Source: a virus. Taken from it: DNA of 64,000 bases. A model generated the notes under the pieces. The model was not told the origin of the DNA. It made no database searches and saw nothing but the letters and a program-made list of their open reading frames with translations. Positions 10,205-21,047 of this stretch are shown here, one piece after another. Each line of letters begins with the position of its first letter. Within the stretch, counting starts at the first letter, position 1. The DNA lies in the IMG/VR virus record IMGVR_UViG_3300042691_049879, positions 4,801-68,800 of that record; one strand, given 5' to 3'. The translations under genes were made by a program, and so were the position numbers.

Positions 10205-10642
10205 TTATAAATTGATTAAATTTTTCCAGTTATTAATTAAATTTGGATGAATAGAAAATTTTAAATGAGATAACTTATCATCTTCGAATGCTATTTGTGT
10301 TTTTATTGTTGGGTAATAAAAATTATGTTGTTTTGTGTTGTTTTGATAATAACTTGGATACTTTTTTTCTACTTTATCATATTGCCTTTCGCTTTTTATC
10401 ACTTCTGATTCTTTTTGGACAACACTTATCCAACTTTCTCCACATTCAAACCTATGCACTACTTTTATCGGTTCATTATATTTTATAACATGCCTATATT
10501 TCCCGTTTTCCTCTATCTTGGTTACAGAATAATCTTTTATTAAACAATAACACATTAAATAATCTTTATAGCAATCATAAGTGTCATATTTTTCAAAATA
10601 TCTTTCCAGATAACCTTCTTTATTATATTCAAAATAATACAT
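10205..10642 (-). CDS. Hypothetical protein
   Basis: 145 aa ORF. Confidence 0.6.
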   Translation of the reverse strand: MYYFEYNKEGYLERYFEKYDTYDCYKDYLMCYCLIKDYSVTKIEENGKYRHVIKYNEPIKVVHRFECGESWISVVQKESEVIKSERQYDKVEKKYPSYYQNNTKQHNFYYPTIKTQIAFEDDKLSHLKFSIHPNLINNWKNLINL

Positions 10643-10730
10643 AACACAAATTAACTGAAAAAAAAGATACTTGTAAATGATAAAAGTTTTTGATTTCTAT
10701 TTATTTAAAACAATAAAATAGAGATAAAAA

Positions 10731-13700
10731 ATGCCATTTTCTGCAGTTACATTAATAGACGTTGAAGGATATCATAGTCCTAATGAAGGAAGAGTTATAA
10801 TAAATGATAACTTTAAAAAATTATTTAGTGGAGTTAGCGATAGTCTTTCTTCTATAACTACAAGTGATATATATGCAACTAGCTTATCTGCTGGGACTAT
10901 ATATTCTGGCTCAACAAATTTATATGATATTTTCTTAACTACAGCAGACGGGAATGATGTAACAAGAGTACAAGCAGGAACAAATATAACAACTGGTGGT
11001 ACAGGCAACTTACCAATAGTAAATCTTGCAGATGATATTTCATTAAATTCAATAAGTGCTAATACAATTTCTGGCTCTAGCTTTTTTGTTGGTTCAACAA
11101 CGTTATCAAATTATTTAACTGGTAATTCTGTTTTTGTTTCTGGCTCATCTGGGAATTATTCAATTAAAGCAAATAATGATAGTCTTATTGATGCGACAGG
11201 AAATTATTCTTATGCTCAAGGATATTCAACTTCAGCGGTAGGGGATTACTCACATGCTGAAGGAGGTACAAGTACTTCATTAGGAAGTTTTTCTCATTCA
11301 GAAGGCTTATCAACAACAGCAAACGGAACTGCGTCTCATTCTGAAGGAACTTATACAACAGCTATAGGTTCATATTCTCATTCTGAAGGAGACTCTACTA
11401 CTGCTTCAGGATTGCGTTCACATGCAGAAGGCGGCTTTACAACTTCTACTGGTAATTCTTCACATTCCGAAGGTTGGTACACAACTGCATTTGGTAATTA
11501 TTCACATACAGAAGGTAGGTCTACTGTTTCAGTTGGTGAGTCGGCTCATGCAGAAGGAGAATCTACAATAGCTTCAGGTGACACTTCACATGCAGAAGGA
11601 CTATCAACAACCTCAATAGGTCAGCGTTCGCATGCAGAGGGATATGGCTCTGTAGCTATTGGTATTGTTTCACACGCTGAAGGAAGTAGTACGTCAGCTA
11701 TAGGGTCTGCTTCTCATGCAGAGGGTGAAGGCACGTTTGCTATTGGTGATTTTTCACATGCAGAAGGTGGTTATACAACGTCAGTTGACAGTTTTTCGCA
11801 TTCAGAAGGTCAGGGTACAATTGCATCTGGTAATAGTTCTCACGCTGAAGGCTATGCCACTACAGCTTTTGGAAACTATTCACATGCAGAAGGGGAATAT
11901 ACAGTTGCTAAAGGTTATTCAACACATGCAGAAGGAGGTTATACAACTGCATATAATGATTATGCTCATGCTGAAGGTCTTAGTTCTTTTGCAATAGGAA
12001 CATATTCTCACGCAGAAGGCCAGGCAACAATTAGCTCTGGAGAGTCTTCACATGCAGAAGGTCGTCAAACTACATCTTTAGGAAATTATTCTCATACAGA
12101 AGGCTCATTTAATACGTCAATTGGTCAAGCTTCACACACTGAAGGTTCTGAAAATACTGCTAGTGGTATTTATTCACATGCTGAAGGATGGTATACTATT
12201 TCTGCGGCTGAAGCCACTCATACAGAAGGTATATATACGACGGCTAGTGGTGACTATAGTCATGCCGAAGGCGAATCAACTATAGCTTCTGGTGATTCAT
12301 CACATGCGCAAGGCCGTCTATCTGTAGCTGGTGGTGGAGTTAGTCATGCAGAAGGTTATAATACTAGAGCTATTGGAGACTATTCTCACTCAGGAGGTTA
12401 CAATTCAATTGCCTCAGGAGAAACATCTTTTATTCACTCTTTAAATTCTTTAGTTACAGGAGCTAGAAGTGTTGTTCTTGGAGGTCAAAATATTACAGGT
12501 ACAACTGCTGATACAGTTTATGTCCCAGGATTAAATATAAAAAATATAGGTTCTGGTTCATCAACAATAAATTTAGGTTTAGATTCAAATGGTAATGTTG
12601 TAACAGGAACAACAGCTTTATTAAGTAATTATCTACCATTATCTGGTGGTACAGTAACTGGTAATATTAATTTAAATAATGCAATTTTATCTGGCGTAGG
12701 AACATCAAATATATTTGATTTTAATTGGCTTGGGTTAGGGTATGTGGCCCTTGATAATGATAATGGTAATGGCGGTAAAGAATATTTATCGCTTGGGAAT
12801 GATAGCCTACAAGCTTTTGCAAAAGGTGGTGCCATATCAATTAGTATGGGCGGTCTTAATGATAATCTAACACTTTATTCTAATGATAGAATGGCGTTAG
12901 AATCTAATGAGAGTATTAGATTAATATCACCATTTACTGGTAGTACAGCTATCGCTAATTTACAAATTGACTCACTTGGAAATATTGTAACAGGAACAAC
13001 TAGTGTAGGTAGTTCGTCAATTTTTACAACAGGCTCAACTGGTACTTTTTCAATTAAAGCAATTAACGATTCAGGGCTTGACGCAACTGGTAATTATTCA
13101 TATGCTGAAGGTAACTCAAACACATCTATTGGAGAAAGTTCTCACTCAGAAGGTAGAAATAATTTTGCAATTGGGAATTATTCACATGCTGAAAATTATT
13201 TTACAGTTGCTTCTGGTCAGTCATCTCACGCCGAAGGTGAGGCTACAACTTCTTTTGGAACAATTTCACATGCAGAAGGTAGCTATTCTATAGCAATTGG
13301 TAACGTATCACACGCTGAAGGTAGTGGAACTATTGCAAATGGTAGTAATTCTCATTCTGAAGGAAGTAATACTATAGCATCTGGAAATACATCACATGCT
13401 GAAGGTAGAGAAACTACTACTTTTGGAGAATATTCACATTCAGAAGGGTCTTATACAACTGCAGTTGGAGGCGCATCTCATTCAGAAGGAGACAATACTA
13501 TTTCTATAGGTTCTGCATCACACGCAGAAGGTTCAAATACTAATTCAATAGGAACAAATTCACATTCTGAAGGATATTTAACAACTTCTAATGGAGCTCA
13601 ATCTCATGCTGAAGGTAGACAGACTACTGCTTTTGGAGACTATTCTCATTCTGAAGGGTTTGGAACTATAGCTTCTGGTAAGTCTTCACATGCTGAAGGT

Positions 13701-14684
13701 TATCGTTCAACTGCAGTTGGATTTGGTTCACACGCTGAAGGAGGAGGAGAAATAGGCTTGACACCTTTTAGTGGAGGTACCGCTATTGGTGTAGGTTCAC
13801 ATGCTGAAGGAATTTTAACAACTTCTTTTGGTGTAACTTCTCATGCTGAAGGTGGAGTTACTACAGCATTTGGAGAATCTTCTCATTCTGAAGGTGTTAA
13901 TTCTATAGCTTTTGGAGACTATTCTCACTCAGAAGGTCAATATACAACTGCCATTGGTAACAATTCTCATGTCGAAGGTAGTTATACAATTGCAACTGGA
14001 GTTAGTTCTCATGCTGAAGGATATAGTACGACAGCTTTTGGTCAACAATCACATGCTGAAGGAAATTATTCTATTGCTTTTGGGGACCATTCACATGCTG
14101 AAGGTCAATATACATATTCAGTCGGTAGCACATCTCATGCTGAAGGACTTTTTTCTACTGCTTTCGGCCCAGTTTCACATGCTGAAGGTTCTAGCACAAC
14201 TTCATTTGGGTCAGAATCACATTCTAGCGGAATATATACAGTGGCTGGTGGTGATTATTCTTTTGCAGGCGGTAGAGGTTTTAATTCTACAAATAAAATA
14301 ATAGCTAGTGGTAATACGTCCTTTTCTTTTTTTAGTAAAGCCGCAACTGGAAATAATGGTTCTTTCGGTAATTATTCTGCTATATTAGGAGGTCAAGACC
14401 AAAGTATAAAAACAGGTGCTACTAGTTCTGGTATTTTTGTCGGTGAAAATAATGTTGTAAATTCAAATGTATTAAGGTCAGCAATTATTGGAGGCCAAAC
14501 AATAACTGCAACAACAAGTAATACAGTCTATGTTCCAGATTTTGTTATTAAAAAATCTGCTGCAATTCCAACAGGAACTACAGATACGGTTGGAGAAAGT
14601 GGTTCAATAACGTGGGACAATAATGGTTACATTTATTGGAAAACTCCTGTTGGATGGCTTAGAACAAGTGGAAGTACATTCTAA
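10731..14684 (+). CDS. Tail fibre / adhesin with YadA-head-like 14-aa SHAEG repeats
   Basis: Two long arrays of xSHAEGxxTxAxGx repeats; TATTTAT at 10698-10704. Confidence 0.8.
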   Translation: MPFSAVTLIDVEGYHSPNEGRVIINDNFKKLFSGVSDSLSSITTSDIYATSLSAGTIYSGSTNLYDIFLTTADGNDVTRVQAGTNITTGGTGNLPIVNLADDISLNSISANTISGSSFFVGSTTLSNYLTGNSVFVSGSSGNYSIKANNDSLIDATGNYSYAQGYSTSAVGDYSHAEGGTSTSLGSFSHSEGLSTTANGTASHSEGTYTTAIGSYSHSEGDSTTASGLRSHAEGGFTTSTGNSSHSEGWYTTAFGNYSHTEGRSTVSVGESAHAEGESTIASGDTSHAEGLSTTSIGQRSHAEGYGSVAIGIVSHAEGSSTSAIGSASHAEGEGTFAIGDFSHAEGGYTTSVDSFSHSEGQGTIASGNSSHAEGYATTAFGNYSHAEGEYTVAKGYSTHAEGGYTTAYNDYAHAEGLSSFAIGTYSHAEGQATISSGESSHAEGRQTTSLGNYSHTEGSFNTSIGQASHTEGSENTASGIYSHAEGWYTISAAEATHTEGIYTTASGDYSHAEGESTIASGDSSHAQGRLSVAGGGVSHAEGYNTRAIGDYSHSGGYNSIASGETSFIHSLNSLVTGARSVVLGGQNITGTTADTVYVPGLNIKNIGSGSSTINLGLDSNGNVVTGTTALLSNYLPLSGGTVTGNINLNNAILSGVGTSNIFDFNWLGLGYVALDNDNGNGGKEYLSLGNDSLQAFAKGGAISISMGGLNDNLTLYSNDRMALESNESIRLISPFTGSTAIANLQIDSLGNIVTGTTSVGSSSIFTTGSTGTFSIKAINDSGLDATGNYSYAEGNSNTSIGESSHSEGRNNFAIGNYSHAENYFTVASGQSSHAEGEATTSFGTISHAEGSYSIAIGNVSHAEGSGTIANGSNSHSEGSNTIASGNTSHAEGRETTTFGEYSHSEGSYTTAVGGASHSEGDNTISIGSASHAEGSNTNSIGTNSHSEGYLTTSNGAQSHAEGRQTTAFGDYSHSEGFGTIASGKSSHAEGYRSTAVGFGSHAEGGGEIGLTPFSGGTAIGVGSHAEGILTTSFGVTSHAEGGVTTAFGESSHSEGVNSIAFGDYSHSEGQYTTAIGNNSHVEGSYTIATGVSSHAEGYSTTAFGQQSHAEGNYSIAFGDHSHAEGQYTYSVGSTSHAEGLFSTAFGPVSHAEGSSTTSFGSESHSSGIYTVAGGDYSFAGGRGFNSTNKIIASGNTSFSFFSKAATGNNGSFGNYSAILGGQDQSIKTGATSSGIFVGENNVVNSNVLRSAIIGGQTITATTSNTVYVPDFVIKKSAAIPTGTTDTVGESGSITWDNNGYIYWKTPVGWLRTSGSTF

Positions 14685-14714
14685 ATATAAAATATAATTA
14701 AAAATTAAAAAAAA

Positions 14715-14975
14715 ATGACAAATCAAGAAATTGAATTAACAACGGTAGTCAGAGCTACATTTGAAAATAACATTTGGAATATTGTTGTTACTGATGAAAA
14801 TCAACATTTATATGGTCTTAGAATTGAAGGCAATGAAAATGACAACGATGATGATTTATTAGACAAAATCGAAAAGAAATTGTTAACAATTAATAAGTAT
14901 GTTCCGCCAGTTTTGTATGCACCAACAACAAAAGAAAGTTTAGTTGGAAAAAAACCAAAAAAGAAAGAAAATTAA
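14715..14975 (+). CDS. Hypothetical protein, possibly tail-fibre associated
   Basis: Directly follows the fibre gene. Confidence 0.6.
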   Translation: MTNQEIELTTVVRATFENNIWNIVVTDENQHLYGLRIEGNENDNDDDLLDKIEKKLLTINKYVPPVLYAPTTKESLVGKKPKKKEN

Positions 14976-14988
14976 GTACTTTCTAAAC

Positions 14989-15018
14989 AAAAAGGCGAGA
15001 TTAATTCTCGCCTTTTTT
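14989..15018. terminator. Bidirectional intrinsic terminator
   Basis: aaaaaggcgaga-ttaat-tctcgcctttttt between convergent genes. Confidence 0.8.
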
Positions 15019-17033
15019 TATAACATTCCAAACAAGTTATTTTCACTTCTTGACCTTCCATTCAATGTATCCATCTTTAAATCTCTTACTTCCCTATAAG
15101 AAATTTCTTTTTCTTTTAGATATTCTATAACTAATTCTTTTTGTCTATTTGAAGCTTGTTTATTACAAGGTCCTTTAAGTTGTTCAAATTCTAGTCCTAT
15201 ACTTGTAACATTCATTCCTATCATGAATTTTTCGTCTTCATCAGACTTTCTTTCTTTAGTTTTGTCATATACCATTATTAATAAATATTGACCATTACTA
15301 ATCCTTGTAACATATGAACCAGAGCAATTTTTCATTTCATTTGCGGCATCAAGAACTGACTTCGGATTTGCCAAAAGTTTAATTTTTAAACCTTCGTTAT
15401 AATCTTCTAGGTATCTAAACCTTTCAGCAAATTTCATAAATTTTTCATTTTTTTCTTTGTTGCTCAACATATTATAATGTTCAACAAGCTTATCATGATA
15501 TTCTTTTAGTTCTGAAACTTTCTTGATTTTATCAAATTCTTTTGTTCTATCCCACTTCAAATCATTTATCATTCTAACACTATCATCATATTCATAAAAG
15601 CTAAAATTGCCCAATAAAGAATAATTTAATTTTGGCTCTACATCAGAATTAATATTTTCAAAACTCATTTCTTTATTTTGACCTATCCCAGCCATTTCCA
15701 TTAGACGTTCTTTAATCGCACCACTTTCTGTATTTGTGTAAGAGTTTAATGCTCTCATTTTTAAATAGTCTAATGTTAATGGAATTATTTGTTTTAAGCT
15801 GTATTCGTTTATGTCACTTCTAAATTCAACCAAATCAAATAGATTTATAATATATTCAATGTCATATTTCATTACAAGATTTATAAGCTCTTCATAACTT
15901 ATGAATTTAGTAAATCTTATTAATTTTTTATATTCATTAAATTTTTCTATTTTATTGAAAATGTATTTAGATACAGTTTTATTTTTAAGGTCTTCTCGTA
16001 CATTTATTTTACCATAAGAAAAATCTAATTTCGTTCCATTGTTTATATTATTGAAACCCCACCTCTCTAATTCAGCATTAAAATTTATGAATTTTTTACC
16101 ATCTTTAGATTTATAAACAAAATCTGATTTAGTATTTTTTTCTAAATCTAGTTCTTCTTGTGTTTTTTTATTTTCTATTGTAACAAGGAAATTAAATATT
16201 TTTAAAGGAGATGTAACGCCATTATCTGAAAGAACTGAAGGATTAGGTAGATTACAATTGCTCATCATATCATACAAAAATACAGAACCTTTTGTTAAAG
16301 CTATTGTAGATAAGTTTGAATAACAAATTATACCAAAGAATATAGAGTTTATTTTCATCAATATATCAAGACCAGCCTTTCCAATCATTTGGCTCATAAG
16401 CCCATCTATTATATTAATATTTTTAGAATCAACAACAATTCTTGCAACTTCACTCAAAAACATATGTACAGAAACTATTTTGTCAATAATAGTTATTTCT
16501 GAACCGTCATCACTTAAATAGAAATCTTTTAAAACCTTAATTATTTCATCTAGATTAAATTCTTTTTCTTTTTTTGAATTAAAGCTTTTATAAAATAATT
16601 TTTTATTTTCTTCGTCTACTAATAAATAAGATTTTTCTTCTTTAAATTTAACGAATCTAGATTTTTCTGTACAAACAGTTTTTACTTTATTTTTATAAAG
16701 AAATATTTTTTTATCCTCTTTCACAAAATCAAAATAACCATAAAAAAATATATTCGCTTCTTTTATTTTTTGAGAGTTAGCTTTTTTAGAGTAATCTGTT
16801 TTACATTTTGGGCAGATTACATTTACAGTACCTTCAATTCTATCAAAAACATCCAAATCTCCATAATAAGAGTTTGTCTCAACTTCCAGAGTTAATTCAT
16901 CCTTTTTAGCTTTATTGTTTTTTTGTGTTATTTTTTTACCACACGTACAAAAATAAATTTCTTTATCTTTTTCTTCTCCATCATTATATACATGTTGAAA
17001 ACAAAAGTTGTCTTTTAAAATTTTATAATCCAT
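15018..17033 (-). CDS. PcfJ-like domain protein with N-terminal Zn-binding motifs
   Basis: CTCG and CPKC pairs; C-terminal YHDKL...EMKNCSGSY...QLKGPCN. Confidence 0.7.
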   Translation of the reverse strand: MDYKILKDNFCFQHVYNDGEEKDKEIYFCTCGKKITQKNNKAKKDELTLEVETNSYYGDLDVFDRIEGTVNVICPKCKTDYSKKANSQKIKEANIFFYGYFDFVKEDKKIFLYKNKVKTVCTEKSRFVKFKEEKSYLLVDEENKKLFYKSFNSKKEKEFNLDEIIKVLKDFYLSDDGSEITIIDKIVSVHMFLSEVARIVVDSKNINIIDGLMSQMIGKAGLDILMKINSIFFGIICYSNLSTIALTKGSVFLYDMMSNCNLPNPSVLSDNGVTSPLKIFNFLVTIENKKTQEELDLEKNTKSDFVYKSKDGKKFINFNAELERWGFNNINNGTKLDFSYGKINVREDLKNKTVSKYIFNKIEKFNEYKKLIRFTKFISYEELINLVMKYDIEYIINLFDLVEFRSDINEYSLKQIIPLTLDYLKMRALNSYTNTESGAIKERLMEMAGIGQNKEMSFENINSDVEPKLNYSLLGNFSFYEYDDSVRMINDLKWDRTKEFDKIKKVSELKEYHDKLVEHYNMLSNKEKNEKFMKFAERFRYLEDYNEGLKIKLLANPKSVLDAANEMKNCSGSYVTRISNGQYLLIMVYDKTKERKSDEDEKFMIGMNVTSIGLEFEQLKGPCNKQASNRQKELVIEYLKEKEISYREVRDLKMDTLNGRSRSENNLFGML

Positions 17034-17036
17034 AAT

Positions 17037-17606
17037 TTAATCGTTTTTATCTGGGAGGTTTTCTTTATCGGCAAAGCCTATTTTTATCTTATCATCAATA
17101 ACCATTAAATAGAAGTCTAAATTGGTTTTTTTTGATTTGTATGTATAAAATTTAGCCAACTCTTTTGCAACATTCAAATTTTCTACATAAAACTCACCTA
17201 TATTTTCATCTTTAACTTTAGACTCAAATTCTTTCCTTGTTATCTCTTTAAGCAAATCTTCTTCTCTTAAGTGTTCTAGAAAAATTTTATTATTATCAAA
17301 CTGACTATTATCCTTTTTTTCAACCACAAAAAATTCTGATAAATATTCTTGATTCTCTTGAAGTAAATCCATAATCATTGTCATCGATTGCTCTCTACAA
17401 CTATTCAACTCTTCTGTTTCACTACGATTTTTCCAGAAGTCATTAATTTGAATAAACCTTCTATAAATACTTTCATTTTCAATTATGCCTCTTAAAAAAT
17501 CTTCTTCAAAAGAGATTCCTTTTTCATAAAAAAACACAATAAATAAATCTTTGTTATTATCATTTTTTACAGTAAAATGACCTAATAATTTCCCTAAAAC
17601 TTTCAT
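17037..17606 (-). CDS. Hypothetical protein
   Basis: ORF; TATATTTG promoter box at 17612-17619. Confidence 0.65.
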   Translation of the reverse strand: MKVLGKLLGHFTVKNDNNKDLFIVFFYEKGISFEEDFLRGIIENESIYRRFIQINDFWKNRSETEELNSCREQSMTMIMDLLQENQEYLSEFFVVEKKDNSQFDNNKIFLEHLREEDLLKEITRKEFESKVKDENIGEFYVENLNVAKELAKFYTYKSKKTNLDFYLMVIDDKIKIGFADKENLPDKND

Positions 17607-17730
17607 AAAATCAAATATACAAATATTTTTTTTTGTTTCAAAGTATTAATACTTTTTGAAAATACGATTTTTTCTTTTTTTAATATATTTATATGTACTA
17701 CAATCACAAAAAAATTAAACCTTAATAAAA

Positions 17731-18501
17731 ATGAAACTAAGTAAAGAAGAGCTTATTGAAATGATTAAGCAAGAAGCAAAAGCTTTAAAAGCATCAATGT
17801 TAAAAGAATCTGCTGTAGAATCATCAATGGATGTTTTTGAAGTTGAAATGAATTCAAACGATGAATTGGGAGATTCAGATAAGGCTTTAACTTATAAAGC
17901 TCCTTCAAAGAAAGTTGAAAAATCAGGAGAAACTCCTTCTGCTGTTAAAATGAACCAAAAAGATAATGACCAAGGTTCTGATGAAAAAGCATCTGTAGCA
18001 GTTAAAGTAGATGCTAGCGGTAAAAAAGGTGGTTCTAATCACTTAACTGGTCAGGCTAATGCTAATTTTACTTCTAAAAACGATATTCAAGGAACTAAAG
18101 CTTCTGGACCTTTCGAAGATAGAGTTAGTAAAAATCATGAAGTTGAAATGAATACAGAAGATAAGGTTGTTGACGAAAAAGCAAAAACTTACGTTTCAGC
18201 TGGAGCTGAAAAAGGAGGTCATACTCATACTGCTGGACAAGCTAAAGCTGAAGTTCATGAAAGAATGCCAGAAAAAGATGCTGAAGAACCAACTGAAAGA
18301 ATTGCTAAAGGTATAGAAATTGACGGAAGCAATATTGACCTTAAAGAGTCTTATTCAAAGAAAGAACTTAAGAGCTTTGTATTATCTGAAGCTAAAAAAG
18401 CAGTTGATAATTATAAAAAAGCACAAAAAAGAGCTGAATTAGAAAAAGAACTTTTAACTCTTAAAGAAGGTCTTGAAAAATTGGGAGAAAATATAGATTA
18501 A
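17731..18501 (+). CDS. Probable internal head / scaffold-like protein
   Basis: MKLSKEELIEMIKQEA tag, internal repeat (GG..H..GQA.A twice), TATTTAT at 17686. Confidence 0.6.
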   Translation: MKLSKEELIEMIKQEAKALKASMLKESAVESSMDVFEVEMNSNDELGDSDKALTYKAPSKKVEKSGETPSAVKMNQKDNDQGSDEKASVAVKVDASGKKGGSNHLTGQANANFTSKNDIQGTKASGPFEDRVSKNHEVEMNTEDKVVDEKAKTYVSAGAEKGGHTHTAGQAKAEVHERMPEKDAEEPTERIAKGIEIDGSNIDLKESYSKKELKSFVLSEAKKAVDNYKKAQKRAELEKELLTLKEGLEKLGENID

Positions 18502-18517
18502 TAAAATTCATTTAATT

Positions 18518-18548
18518 AAAAAGCCGACAAATAAGTCGGCTTTTTTTT
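18518..18548. terminator. Bidirectional intrinsic terminator
   Basis: aaaagccgac-aaataa-gtcggcttttttt. Confidence 0.8.
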
Positions 18549-18783
18549 ATGCTTTTATTTTATTGTTAAACCATTCTTTTGGTTCGTTATTATTTATGTT
18601 TCTGAAAATTCTTACTGTTATACTTTTTTTGTTTGTGCTAATTTCTTTCCAGCAAGACAAACATATATCAAAATCTTTTCTTATGGATTTTCTAGCATTT
18701 TTTACTCTTTTGAAGTATTTATGAACAATTTTTCCGTTAATTCTATCCAAAAAAGTAATATGATATAAAGTTTGTTTTTTCAT
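18547..18783 (-). CDS. Hypothetical protein
   Basis: ORF. Confidence 0.5.
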   Translation of the reverse strand: MKKQTLYHITFLDRINGKIVHKYFKRVKNARKSIRKDFDICLSCWKEISTNKKSITVRIFRNINNNEPKEWFNNKIKA

Positions 18784-18951
18784 TTATTTATGAATTTAAA
18801 TTTTATTAAGAGTTATGGTGTATTTAGCGCCTTCTCCACGTTCAACTCTAATTTGTTCAATATACTCTATCAATTCTTGATGGCTATTCGCTTCTGCGTA
18901 TTTACTGCCATTTACATAAATTGCATAATCGTAAGTTTCTATAATTGTAAA

Positions 18952-19155
18952 TTAATATTCAAAAATAACAGCTTTTTCAGATTTCCCAGATTTTGGGCCA
19001 TTAGGTTGTGCATATTCGTTTACTGACATATTATGTTCAGTCAAATAAGTTTGTAAACTTCCCCAATATTCATGAGATTCAGAAACGCATACATTTAAAT
19101 CGCCTTCTTTATCTTTAATTTCTTCAAGCTTTACTATTAACTCAGATATTTTCAT
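18952..19155 (-). CDS. Hypothetical protein (MKISELI.KLE....EGDL.V type)
   Basis: N-terminus typical of small phage proteins. Confidence 0.65.
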   Translation of the reverse strand: MKISELIVKLEEIKDKEGDLNVCVSESHEYWGSLQTYLTEHNMSVNEYAQPNGPKSGKSEKAVIFEY

Positions 19156-19166
19156 AGTTAAAGTTT

Positions 19167-19601
19167 TTACGATTTTAGAATTTTATAATCATGCTCTTGA
19201 AGAGACTTCATGCCTAGAGCGTTAATCTTATCTAAAACCATATCTTTAGTTACATTGCCATTAATAAATTCATCAAACAACATGTCAAAAGTTTCTTCAT
19301 AATCTTCGTTCAAAGATTTTTTAAACTCTTGAATTCTATTTGAATTTACAATTTCTACTAAACTATTAGTAAAATCTTCTTTGCCCAAAACTGGTACATT
19401 ATTTTCTAACATTGCATTGATTACAGCATTACAAATTATTTCATCTCCAAAAATATAAGTATGTTCATATTTTTCACATTTACTGTCTTCAGTTAGCAAA
19501 TGTTCATGCAAAAACAACCCTGTATTTTCATTGAAATGTCTAAATACAGCAATTGCTTGTTCTTCTGTAATATCTGTTGGTACTGTTATTTTTGTTACCA
19601 T
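19167..19601 (-). CDS. Hypothetical protein (DMVLDKINALGMKSL C-terminal motif)
   Basis: C-terminal LDKI...G..SL motif. Confidence 0.65.
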   Translation of the reverse strand: MVTKITVPTDITEEQAIAVFRHFNENTGLFLHEHLLTEDSKCEKYEHTYIFGDEIICNAVINAMLENNVPVLGKEDFTNSLVEIVNSNRIQEFKKSLNEDYEETFDMLFDEFINGNVTKDMVLDKINALGMKSLQEHDYKILKS

Positions 19602-19715
19602 GTTTTATAGTTTTAAATATAATATGAAAACGTTTAAAGTAAAAAAAAATTACAAAGTTTAAAATTTATTTTTTTTTCATATTTATTAATAAATAATATA
19701 AAATAGAATTAAATC

Positions 19716-20387
19716 ATGAAAATAACTAAACAAGAATTAGCTCAAATCATCAAAGAAGAAGCTCAAAGATTTATGGCTATAAAGAAATTAGAATCAGAAA
19801 AGGCTGAAATAGAAAGACAACTTAATGAGTCTTACATGGAAGAAGAAATTGATGAAATGGAAGAAGGATTTCTTGGGGACGTTGGTAAGAAAATAGGTGG
19901 CGCACTTCAGGCTGGAGCATCGGCTGTACAAAAAGCAGCAGCATCAAAAATAATCAGCCCAGAACAAAAAGCGGCAGGCAAAAAAATGTTTGATGAAAAG
20001 ATGGCAAAACTTAAAAGTGAAATACAATCTAAAGGCTTTACTGATGATAGAATAATTACAGTTGATACTAACGGTAAACAAATTCAAGGACTTGATGAGA
20101 AGAGTTTAAATGATGCGGCTGAGCAATACGCTTATCAAGGATATTTAAATTATGGATTATCTAAAAGTAGCGGTAAAGTTGTTGTTAGTTTTGTTGAAGG
20201 CTCACTAACAGGTGCTGGTGGACAAGGAGGCGGCAAAGTTGTGAAAACACCAGAATTAAAGAAAGAAGAAACAATTTCAGAATCAGTTATCAGACAAATG
20301 ATTAAAGAAGAAGCTGAAAAAATTGAAAAAGCAAAAGCTTTAAAAGCAAGAGCTAATCAAATTAAAGAAGAATTGAAAAATCTATAA
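19716..20387 (+). CDS. Probable virion-packaged protein
   Basis: MKITKQELAQIIKEEA tag, repeated near C-terminus; TATTTAT at 19680. Confidence 0.65.
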   Translation: MKITKQELAQIIKEEAQRFMAIKKLESEKAEIERQLNESYMEEEIDEMEEGFLGDVGKKIGGALQAGASAVQKAAASKIISPEQKAAGKKMFDEKMAKLKSEIQSKGFTDDRIITVDTNGKQIQGLDEKSLNDAAEQYAYQGYLNYGLSKSSGKVVVSFVEGSLTGAGGQGGGKVVKTPELKKEETISESVIRQMIKEEAEKIEKAKALKARANQIKEELKNL

Positions 20388-20402
20388 TTAATTAAACATT
20401 AT

Positions 20403-20432
20403 AAAAAAGCGAGCTAAATGGCTCGCTTTTTT
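20403..20432. terminator. Bidirectional intrinsic terminator
   Basis: aaaaaagcgagc-taaatg-gctcgctttttt. Confidence 0.8.
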
Positions 20433-20668
20433 TATTTGTAAATATTTCCTATCGTTCTAGAACTTACTCCTATTGGTTGGCCAAAATTTTCAAAAAAACT
20501 TGAATAATCATTAATTTCTACAGGAATATTTTTTGGATTTTTAGAACTGTTTAAACTTAAATTAAAAGCAGGGCTAGCAACTAAATCATAAGAAAAAACA
20601 GTATAATCAGTTTCTGCAAAAAAAAGTTTTTCTTTTTTCTCTAACAATAATTTTCTATAATATATCAT
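20432..20668 (-). CDS. Mosaic small protein with prohead-protease-like (FSYDLVASPA) and tail-sheath-like (VEINDYSSFFENFGQP) fragments
   Basis: Motif resemblance by eye; YRKLLLEK linker. Confidence 0.45.
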   Translation of the reverse strand: MIYYRKLLLEKKEKLFFAETDYTVFSYDLVASPAFNLSLNSSKNPKNIPVEINDYSSFFENFGQPIGVSSRTIGNIYK

Positions 20669-21036
20669 AAATTAGAATATTTTATATTTGGACCTCTTCT
20701 TGAACGTCTTGTCCTATATTTCTTATACTTTTCTATCAACAATTCTCTTCTGTATTCATTTTCTTTTTCATATTCAAAATCAATATAGTGAAGTAATCCT
20801 GTAGGAGCACTTAATGGTTGCACACTAACTAAATCAGTACCTATAGTAGAAGCAAAAACTCTTCTAACTAAAGGCATTGTTAATGTGCCAAAATCAAAAG
20901 AAAATTTTTTCTTTTTTTCAAACAACAACTCTCTTTTAAAAATGTTATCTGTTTTATTTTTAGATTCTGTTTCAATAACTGTATTGTTAAGAATTTTTGT
21001 CCAAGAATCAAGGTAATGTTTTAAGGTTGAACTCAT
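20665..21036 (-). CDS. Small protein carrying a gp23-like major capsid N-terminal fragment
   Basis: MPLVRRVFASTIGTDLVSVQPLSAPTGLLHYIDFEY. Confidence 0.7.
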   Translation of the reverse strand: MSSTLKHYLDSWTKILNNTVIETESKNKTDNIFKRELLFEKKKKFSFDFGTLTMPLVRRVFASTIGTDLVSVQPLSAPTGLLHYIDFEYEKENEYRRELLIEKYKKYRTRRSRRGPNIKYSNL

Positions 21037-21047
21037 TTTTTTTGTTA

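Noticed and set aside
11200-14260. 42-nt periodic repeats resembling a CRISPR array
   Set aside because: They are coding 14-aa SHAEG repeats with synonymous variation, in frame within the fibre gene; no cas genes nearby.
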